DNA from: a candidate division FCPU426 bacterium
GTDB taxonomy: Bacteria; Oederibacteriota; Muellerivitia; Muellerivitales; Muellerivitaceae
Assembly: GCA_963738405.1 (NCBI GenBank)
Contig: CAVTWJ010000021.1
Location: 32,001-96,000 of the forward strand
DNA: 64,000 nt
Reading direction: 5' to 3'
The translations under genes and the position numbers were made by a program. Below are positions 57,417-64,000 of the stretch, one piece after another (the first letter of the stretch is position 1; each line of letters starts with the position of its first letter). The notes under the pieces were generated by a model. That model made no database searches. It saw only the letters and a program-made list of their open reading frames with translations, and was not told where the DNA came from.

Positions 57417-59240
57417 TTAGTGCGTCGACGAAGTGGCCATGACCCCAGGACCCGGAGGGTGTGGCGTGCGCCAGCCAGGTTCTAACGACTCGGATTCAAC
57501 GAGCTTTTTGCCCTTCAAGACATCCTTGATTCCCGCAACGATATGCTTGGGCTCGAAAGGCTCGCCGTCGTACTTTCGGACATTGGCAGTGGCCGTGATG
57601 CCTGTTTCAGCCCGCAAATGGCGGGCAAATTGGCCCGACTTGTTCATTTCCACGACGATGATATTTTTCTTATGCTTCAAGATCTCGGTGATTTCCTTTT
57701 CCTGGAAAGGCACCAGGTACTTGACCGATAGATGGTTAACCTTGATTCCCTCTTTATTCAACCGCTCGACGGCCTCACTTGCCGCTCCATGGGTTGAACC
57801 GTAAGTTACGATCGTGGTATCAGCGTCCGCGGGACCTTCCAGTTTGGGTTTGGGCAAAGCGGCCAAAACCGACTGCATTTTACGCTCGCGCTTATCCACA
57901 ACCTTCTTGCGAGTAACGGGGTCGGTATAGACGTCAGAGATGGTGACTCCGTCCTCGTCATGCTCGTCGGTGGCGGAAACGTACAGGTGGTTCGGGAGTC
58001 CTGGGATGGCCCGGGGCGACACACCCGAGGGGGTGTCCTTATAACGAAGGTAGGTTTTGGGCTTTCCGTCATCCTCGAAGATCATCTCACCGCGGTCGAT
58101 CTTGAACTCGCGATCGAGAAATGAGGTTTCCAGGGTCATATGGCCCTCGCTCATCAGCAGGTCGGACAGGATGAGAACCGGCATCTGGAATTTTTCGGCG
58201 TAGTTGAAGGCTTCTTCCATGGTGGTGTAACAATCGGCGATAGAAGTAGGCGCGATGATCACGCGCTGGAAGTCACCCTGGGAGGCCCCGATTGCCTGGT
58301 TCAGGTCGCCCTGTTCTTGCTTGGTCGGAAGACCCGTGGAGGGCCCGCCGCGCATGACATTGATCATCACGACCGGGATTTCCATGATAGAGGCCATGCC
58401 GATAGCTTCGGTCATGAGGGCGAATCCACCGCCCGAGGTGGCGCACATGGCGCGCACGCCCATTTGGCCCGCTCCGATGGTCATGTTAGCAACGCCGATT
58501 TCATCTTCCACTTGGCGGACGCAGATACCCAGGTCCTTGCCGTGTCCCGCCATCCAATGAAGGACTCCGGTGGCCGGGCTCATCGGATAGGCGCAATAAA
58601 CTTTGCAGCCGGCGTTGGCCGCGCCGAGGGCCAGCATATTGTTGCCGTGAACCATGGCCAACTTGGCCGGAGTTTTACCGAGGGGGTTGGCGATTTTCTT
58701 GTAGGTCTTCACCGCAAAATCGTAGCCGGCCTTGGCGGCATCAATGTTGGCCTTGACGACCTGAGGTTTCTTTTTAAAGGTATGTTCGAAGACGGAAGAG
58801 AGGGATTCAAACTCCAGCCCCAAAAGTCCGGTGAGAGCTCCGAGAGACACAGTGTTCTGCATGATCGGAAGGGCGTCCTTCCCCGCCAGCTCGAAAACCG
58901 GGAGAGGGCAGAGTTGAACTCCCTCAGGGGCCTTTCCAGGCTTTACCTTGTCGCCGTTGTAGACGCAGATGCCGCCGGACTTGAGTTCCTGCAGGTGGCG
59001 GTCCATTGAATCTTGGTTCAGGGCGATCATCGCGCCCACTTGGTCACCGACGTTGGTGACGTTCTTGGTTGAAATCCGAAGACGTATCCAGGAATGGCCG
59101 CCTCGGATCAGGGATTGGTAGCTCGTATAAACGTAAACGAAAAGTCCTTGCCGGGCGGAAGTCAAAGCCAAGTTGTCCCCGGTGGAAGCGCCCCCGTCTC
59201 CGGCCGCACCACCGATTCCTATAACGATTTCATTTTCCAT
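57417..59240 (-). CDS. korA: 2-oxoacid:ferredoxin oxidoreductase alpha subunit (gamma-alpha fusion)
   Basis: Y.S.IRGGHS, YPMSPAT, EDEI, TSGGGFALM.E, RGGPSTGLPTK.EQGD. Confidence 0.9.
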   Translation of the reverse strand: MENEIVIGIGGAAGDGGASTGDNLALTSARQGLFVYVYTSYQSLIRGGHSWIRLRISTKNVTNVGDQVGAMIALNQDSMDRHLQELKSGGICVYNGDKVKPGKAPEGVQLCPLPVFELAGKDALPIMQNTVSLGALTGLLGLEFESLSSVFEHTFKKKPQVVKANIDAAKAGYDFAVKTYKKIANPLGKTPAKLAMVHGNNMLALGAANAGCKVYCAYPMSPATGVLHWMAGHGKDLGICVRQVEDEIGVANMTIGAGQMGVRAMCATSGGGFALMTEAIGMASIMEIPVVMINVMRGGPSTGLPTKQEQGDLNQAIGASQGDFQRVIIAPTSIADCYTTMEEAFNYAEKFQMPVLILSDLLMSEGHMTLETSFLDREFKIDRGEMIFEDDGKPKTYLRYKDTPSGVSPRAIPGLPNHLYVSATDEHDEDGVTISDVYTDPVTRKKVVDKRERKMQSVLAALPKPKLEGPADADTTIVTYGSTHGAASEAVERLNKEGIKVNHLSVKYLVPFQEKEITEILKHKKNIIVVEMNKSGQFARHLRAETGITATANVRKYDGEPFEPKHIVAGIKDVLKGKKLVESESLEPGWRTPHPPGPGVMATSSTH

Positions 59241-59491
59241 TAACAGATTCCTCCCCTGAAAATTGATCTTTCGATGATTATATTAGAAGGATTTTCTTCA
59301 AACCTTCACCCCAGGTCCGCGGCAAAAGGGCACGGCGGACACCTGGAAACAAACTAGGGGGAGCATATTACCCTTTTATCTTAAATATTCGCAATACCCA
59401 GCAAAACAAAGGGCACTTTCAACGCCGGTCAGGGAATACAAGATTTGGTAGCCGATTGATTAAAGAACCCCACGCAATCCTGTCGGAAAAA

Positions 59492-60508
59492 TTACTTCTC
59501 CACGGAAGAAACTTTTCCCATCAAGACAAAGGATTGGGTCGGAATCAATTTTAAATCAGCGGAATAAGATTCAAGGGAAAGCAGGCCGATCCCCTTGGCA
59601 TAATATCGGTAAAAAGAACCAACTTTCTTACTGTCCTTCATGTCTTTTTCTTCCACAATCACGCAATCGGAATAGGATTTTTTAAGGACCTTCGCCGGGC
59701 CAAGGGTGGCTTTAAAAATTCGCAATAACTCCCCATCGGTTTGTTTCCAAATCGTCGGTTGGGTCGAAACGGGCATCTTCAAGATGAAATCGCCTGACTT
59801 TTGTTGATCAACAGCCGAGCCGCGTTCAATTCCATCCTCCGTCATAACCAATTGGTTAAGAATGGGAGACCCGGACTCGGTATTTTCAAACGTAACACGC
59901 GTCGATCCATCCACGTTCTCTTTAAAATCCACGCACTTGACCCTAAAGTGGCGGGGCGCGGTTTCATTCTTTTCGGCCTTTAAGTAGACGAACTCCATCG
60001 TTTGGCCTGGGTTCACGGGAAAATAATCATAAAGTCCTCCCCTTGGAACTGCCACCCCCGGCGCAACCTGATGAGTTGGAATAAGGGTCGCGTGCGGAGT
60101 CTCCAATGGGGTTGAATAAGGTGATGGAGAGGGCGAGGGTAAGGCGTTAACGAATGGGCTCGGCGTTGAGGTCGGTTCTAAAGGAAGAGGCGTATCCGTA
60201 AACGTTGGCGGCAACACAAGGGGGGCATTAGGTGTCGCGGTAGGCGCTATGGGAATGGGAATATCTGTCGGGGTCGGAGGGTTTCCTTGATCCGTGGATT
60301 TTTCCCCGAGGGATCTCCTCAATTCCTCATCGGAGGGTATTGGAACGGGGGTTCCTGTGTCCGGAGGAGGCATAACCTCAGAAACTTCGGTGGGAATGAT
60401 GGGGACCGGAGGCTCCGGGTCGGCCCAAGCAAAACCCGCCACGTTTAAACCCACAAGGATAAAAATAATATGATTAGCCCATTTCATTTTTTCGCCTGGC
60501 CTTCCCAT
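59492..60508 (-). CDS. Exported protein with a Pro/Thr-rich N-terminal linker
   Basis: Signal peptide ending AWA; ~130 aa P/T-rich; C-terminal DYFP...YYAKGIGL domain. Confidence 0.7.
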   Translation of the reverse strand: MGRPGEKMKWANHIIFILVGLNVAGFAWADPEPPVPIIPTEVSEVMPPPDTGTPVPIPSDEELRRSLGEKSTDQGNPPTPTDIPIPIAPTATPNAPLVLPPTFTDTPLPLEPTSTPSPFVNALPSPSPSPYSTPLETPHATLIPTHQVAPGVAVPRGGLYDYFPVNPGQTMEFVYLKAEKNETAPRHFRVKCVDFKENVDGSTRVTFENTESGSPILNQLVMTEDGIERGSAVDQQKSGDFILKMPVSTQPTIWKQTDGELLRIFKATLGPAKVLKKSYSDCVIVEEKDMKDSKKVGSFYRYYAKGIGLLSLESYSADLKLIPTQSFVLMGKVSSVEK

Positions 60509-60576
60509 CGTTTTCTAAAAAACCTGATTTCACCTAAAGAGATCAATCCAATTTTAGGGGAAGACAAATAGACGGG

Positions 60577-61038
60577 TTAATCAAATCCATAAAATGAATA
60601 GGGCACATTTTTAGAATCTTGCACGGTGCTGTTAACGTAAACAATTCCATTGGTGCTATCGTATAACCAGCCAACGCCGCCGCCCGTTGGAACCTGGGCT
60701 TGGGACGTCATGGTCACCTTATTCCCAACTGGAGAAGGTGAGCCAGATACAAAAAAACCCGTGGTGTGTACCGCTGATATGGAATCCATATATTTGCTGA
60801 AGGAATAGACCTGAGAAGTGTTCAAAGTGCTTGGCCAAACACCTTGTTGATCCCCGTAGTACATGCAAGCCGATGCTTTGAGGCTTCCTAGCGTACCTTT
60901 CGTGGCCCCTTCGCGTGATTTTTCCAACATCTGCGCGAATTTAGGAATGGCGATCGCGGCTAAAATTCCAATGATCGCCACCACGATCATTAATTCGATC
61001 AAAGTAAATCCACCGGCTTTCCGGTTGGAAATCCTCAT
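60577..61038 (-). CDS. Type IV pilin / pseudopilin
   Basis: Class III signal G|FTLIELMIVVAIIGILAAIAIP. Confidence 0.9.
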   Translation of the reverse strand: MRISNRKAGGFTLIELMIVVAIIGILAAIAIPKFAQMLEKSREGATKGTLGSLKASACMYYGDQQGVWPSTLNTSQVYSFSKYMDSISAVHTTGFFVSGSPSPVGNKVTMTSQAQVPTGGGVGWLYDSTNGIVYVNSTVQDSKNVPYSFYGFD

Positions 61039-61154
61039 ACCCTTACCCCCTAAAAGCCTTCTAACTTCCGCAAGACAATGAAGCTGACCCGACCCCTATT
61101 TTAGCTTAATTGTGGCCGAATTTGGGCTATCAGAGGATGAATTTCAGGTTGTTA

Positions 61155-61457
61155 TTAACCTTTCAATCGGTTTTCAACGCTTTTGACCTTATCTTCTATG
61201 GTCTGGGATTTATCGGTTCTTGTGCCAAATTTTAGCGTGGTGGTAATTCGAGGGGCTCCCATTTTATGAACTTCTTCGTGGCAGCGTTTGATGGCGCCAA
61301 ATACCTCGTCCCATTCTCCCTCGATGTTGGTTCCATAGGCATGCAGATGGGTTTTCAATCCGGTTTCTTTCAATACTTTCTCGCATAAGGCCACATATTC
61401 AGAGACTGAAACCCCTACTCCTAAAGGAACCACGCATAAATCCGCGATCACGCGCAT
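61155..61457 (-). CDS. Thiamine-binding protein (MTH1187/YqgV family)
   Basis: VVPLG...SVS.YV, H..GT.IEG.WDEV, TRTDK...KV.SV. Confidence 0.88.
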   Translation of the reverse strand: MRVIADLCVVPLGVGVSVSEYVALCEKVLKETGLKTHLHAYGTNIEGEWDEVFGAIKRCHEEVHKMGAPRITTTLKFGTRTDKSQTIEDKVKSVENRLKG

Positions 61458-61561
61458 GTCAAACCTCCTCTTTTAACCGATAATCTCCTGGAAAGGATGG
61501 TTTACCAACCTTTGAATCAGGAATCAACCCTTCGGCGATCGCCGGGAAGTGATATCTCGTT

Positions 61562-62692
61562 ATGAATAAAACCCTAAAGAGGGTTCTCGGAATTACTCTT
61601 CTCGTCAAACTTTCTCTGTTGGGGATTATTTTCCTTGGATACCACCTGTTTTCGTTTCAAACCGGGAACTATCTGGCCAATTTTCACAATCCAAGCCAGG
61701 TTACGCCCAACCTCCTAACGGCCTATCAAACCTGGGACGCACAACACTACCTTAACTTAGCTATAAATGGTTATCGGCCTAATGCTCCCAGCGATGCTTT
61801 TTATCCGCTTTTCCCCTACCTAATTCATTTCCTCACTTACATCACAGGGCTAAAACCATGGATAGGAGGACTCCTTTTGTCCAACCTGTTGGCCCTTCTC
61901 GCCTCGGCATTTTTGTTTCTGTTGGTCAAGGATCTCAAAGATGAAAAAACCGCATTCCGTGCCTGCATTTGGTTACTGGCATTCCCCACCGCTTTTTACT
62001 GCGGCCTCATTTACACCGAATCTCTTTTTCTATGCCTTGTGACAGCTTTCTATTATTTTTCCCAAAGGGATTTACGGCTTCCGACCCTTTCCTGCGCTTT
62101 TTTGCTTTCCCTGTCCCGTCCTACAGGGGTTCTGGTGGCTCTAACTCTTTTGGCAGGCCACAAAACAAAACAGGGATATTCCGAGAAACCCTATCTCAAT
62201 AGGTTATTAACCATTCTCGCTTATCTTCTCGGGTTTGCCTCTTACTTATGTCTCATGTATTTTTGGACCGGGGATTTCTTTTCCGGATTTTCAGCCCAGC
62301 GCTTTTTTATTTCCCACAACCAGTTTTTGAACTTTTTAAACCCTTGGAATTGGTTTATCGAAAACTTTATCAAAAACAGGTACACCTGGAATGGGCCTCA
62401 AACCAGCTTCTTTAACCGGGCGGTCTTCTTGGGAGTTTTATCGACCCTGCCCTTTATTTATCGGCACATCGGAAGGAATTTTTTTATTTACACCCTGGTG
62501 TTGGGTTTAGTGCCGGCCCTATTAAGCGATTTAATGAGCTACATCCGTTATGCGTACGTTCTTTTTCCCCTATTTATTTTGGCAGCGATCAATTTCCACG
62601 AGCGCCCCTACGCAAAATTTATTTTCCTTAGCTGTTGGTTGCTGCAATTCGTTTTATTGACCCTTCATTCATTGAATTATTGGGTAGGATAA
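61562..62692 (+). CDS. PIG-V-like (Mannosyl_trans2) GT-C mannosyltransferase
   Basis: WDAQHYL.LA..GY, AFYPLFP, YTESLF, SRPTG, RY....FP. Confidence 0.8.
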   Translation: MNKTLKRVLGITLLVKLSLLGIIFLGYHLFSFQTGNYLANFHNPSQVTPNLLTAYQTWDAQHYLNLAINGYRPNAPSDAFYPLFPYLIHFLTYITGLKPWIGGLLLSNLLALLASAFLFLLVKDLKDEKTAFRACIWLLAFPTAFYCGLIYTESLFLCLVTAFYYFSQRDLRLPTLSCAFLLSLSRPTGVLVALTLLAGHKTKQGYSEKPYLNRLLTILAYLLGFASYLCLMYFWTGDFFSGFSAQRFFISHNQFLNFLNPWNWFIENFIKNRYTWNGPQTSFFNRAVFLGVLSTLPFIYRHIGRNFFIYTLVLGLVPALLSDLMSYIRYAYVLFPLFILAAINFHERPYAKFIFLSCWLLQFVLLTLHSLNYWVG

Positions 62693-62728
62693 AAGGTCCG
62701 GAGAAAAATCGGGTTTTGAGTGGTGATT

Positions 62729-64000
62729 TTAAAAAGGAAATTTAAGAAAGCCCAAGAGGAGGGTTCCGAGGGCGCAGAGAAAAACCGCCGCAGCAACTCC
62801 TGAGCTCAGGAACGCTCGATCCTCTGCCCCTTCCGGTTTTTGGTAAATGGCCGCTCCCACTCTTAAGTAATAAAAAGCCGAGAGAAAACTGTTTAAGACC
62901 GCCACGATCACCAGACCCACCTGGCCCTCATCGACCGCCAGTTTAAAAAGATAGTATTTCCCGAAAAACCCCGCCGTGGGGGTCATGCCCGCGAGGGAAA
63001 AGAGGAAAAGGGCCAATGCCCCGCCCACCCAGGGATAGTGGAGTCCAAAACCCCGGTAATCGCTGATTTCCAACCTTTCCCCTCCGGCGGACCAGGCGCC
63101 CTTGGGAACCGCCCAAGCGATAATCCCAAAGGCCCCTGCCGTCATGAAGGTATAGGCCAAAAGATAAAAAGCCACTGCCCTTTCAACTTGATCGGAAGGC
63201 GCTGAAGCCGCCACCGACAAACCCACCAAAAGGTAACCCGCATGGGCCACGCTGGAAAATCCCAACAGGCGTTTGAGGTTGGTCTGGTGCAGCGCTCCCA
63301 GGTTCCCCACCGTCATAGTCAAAACCGCTAAAACCCCAAGAACGGACGCCCACGGCCCCTGCAGGCCCATCGCCTCCACAAAAATGCGGGCGAGAATTCC
63401 CACCGAGGCCGTTTTCACACCTGTTGAAAGCAAGGCTGAAACCGGGGCCGGCGCGCCATCATAAACGTCGGGGGCCCAGGCGTGAAAAGGTACCGCCGCG
63501 ATCTTGAACCCAAACCCAACAAGAACTAGTCCCGCTCCCAAAGCCATGAGAAGGGGGGATTTCCCCAATTCCAACGCGTGTCGAAGATCCACAAACCGCA
63601 AGGAGCCTGAAGCCCCGTAAAAGAGTGCGACTCCGTACAACAGAAAACCAGAGGCAAAAACCCCGCTTAAAAAATATTTAAGAGCCGCCTCCACCGAACG
63701 GGGCCGATTGCGCAGATAGCCCGCCAGCGCATAGGAGGAAAGGGACATCAATTCCAGACCCACAAAGAGGGTTAAAAAGTCCGCCGAAACCGCCAACACG
63801 ATCATTCCGGAAACGGCCAAAAGAAGAAGGGCATAATATTCACCCGTCACGGCCCTTTCCCTCTCAAGATAGGAAACCGAAAAAAGGCAGCAAAGCAGCC
63901 CTGAGACCAGACAGGCTCCGGTAAGGGTCGAGGAATAGATATCCACCACCGCGCAGCCGTTGAACAAAAGACCGGGAAGAGGTCTTTGCGATATCAAATG
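62729..64000 (-). CDS. nuoN: NADH-quinone oxidoreductase subunit N (5' end outside the window)
   Basis: LELMSL, EAALKYF, FKIAAVPFH.WAPDVYDGAP, KRLL.FSSVAHAGY, SLAG..PTAGF.GK. Confidence 0.93.
   Translation of the reverse strand, partial: HLISQRPLPGLLFNGCAVVDIYSSTLTGACLVSGLLCCLFSVSYLERERAVTGEYYALLLLAVSGMIVLAVSADFLTLFVGLELMSLSSYALAGYLRNRPRSVEAALKYFLSGVFASGFLLYGVALFYGASGSLRFVDLRHALELGKSPLLMALGAGLVLVGFGFKIAAVPFHAWAPDVYDGAPAPVSALLSTGVKTASVGILARIFVEAMGLQGPWASVLGVLAVLTMTVGNLGALHQTNLKRLLGFSSVAHAGYLLVGLSVAASAPSDQVERAVAFYLLAYTFMTAGAFGIIAWAVPKGAWSAGGERLEISDYRGFGLHYPWVGGALALFLFSLAGMTPTAGFFGKYYLFKLAVDEGQVGLVIVAVLNSFLSAFYYLRVGAAIYQKPEGAEDRAFLSSGVAAAVFLCALGTLLLGFLKFPF

Overview
Gene-dense chromosomal window from a bacterium with moderately high GC. 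I saw no rRNA, tRNA, CRISPR array, transposase or prophage. Core metabolism: mdh, icd, korAB-polyferredoxin-FNR-sdhCAB (Rv0249c-like anchor), a partial nuoN, mqnD, mtnB-mtnD, cysC, queG, a double-length thyX, moeB/moeZ, bcp, a delta-9 desaturase, cstA and a GH9 glycoside hydrolase. The main accessory signal is seven GT-C-fold-type membrane proteins (3 YfhO-like, 1 DUF2723/TMEM260-like, 1 PIG-V-like, 2 ArnT/PMT-like). They occur with Thr/Ser/Pro-rich exported proteins, one of which is a lipoprotein with a ~420-aa (x-T)n stalk ending in a cupredoxin-like domain; together this suggests a protein O-glycosylation/surface system. Missing from the ORF track is an apparently complete transcription unit (promoter, SD, terminator) for a 16-aa Lys-rich microprotein, MAKKVAKKKPAKKKKK, at 50801-50851. 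Other oddities: eukaryote-like MtnB/MtnD, a NUDIX-DUF309 fusion, a PAS-AAA+ regulator lacking GAFTGA, a CstA with a YbdD-like tail, an EamA gene with two compensating frameshifts, and two families of palindromic repeats. All calls come from reading motifs by eye; no database searches were run.
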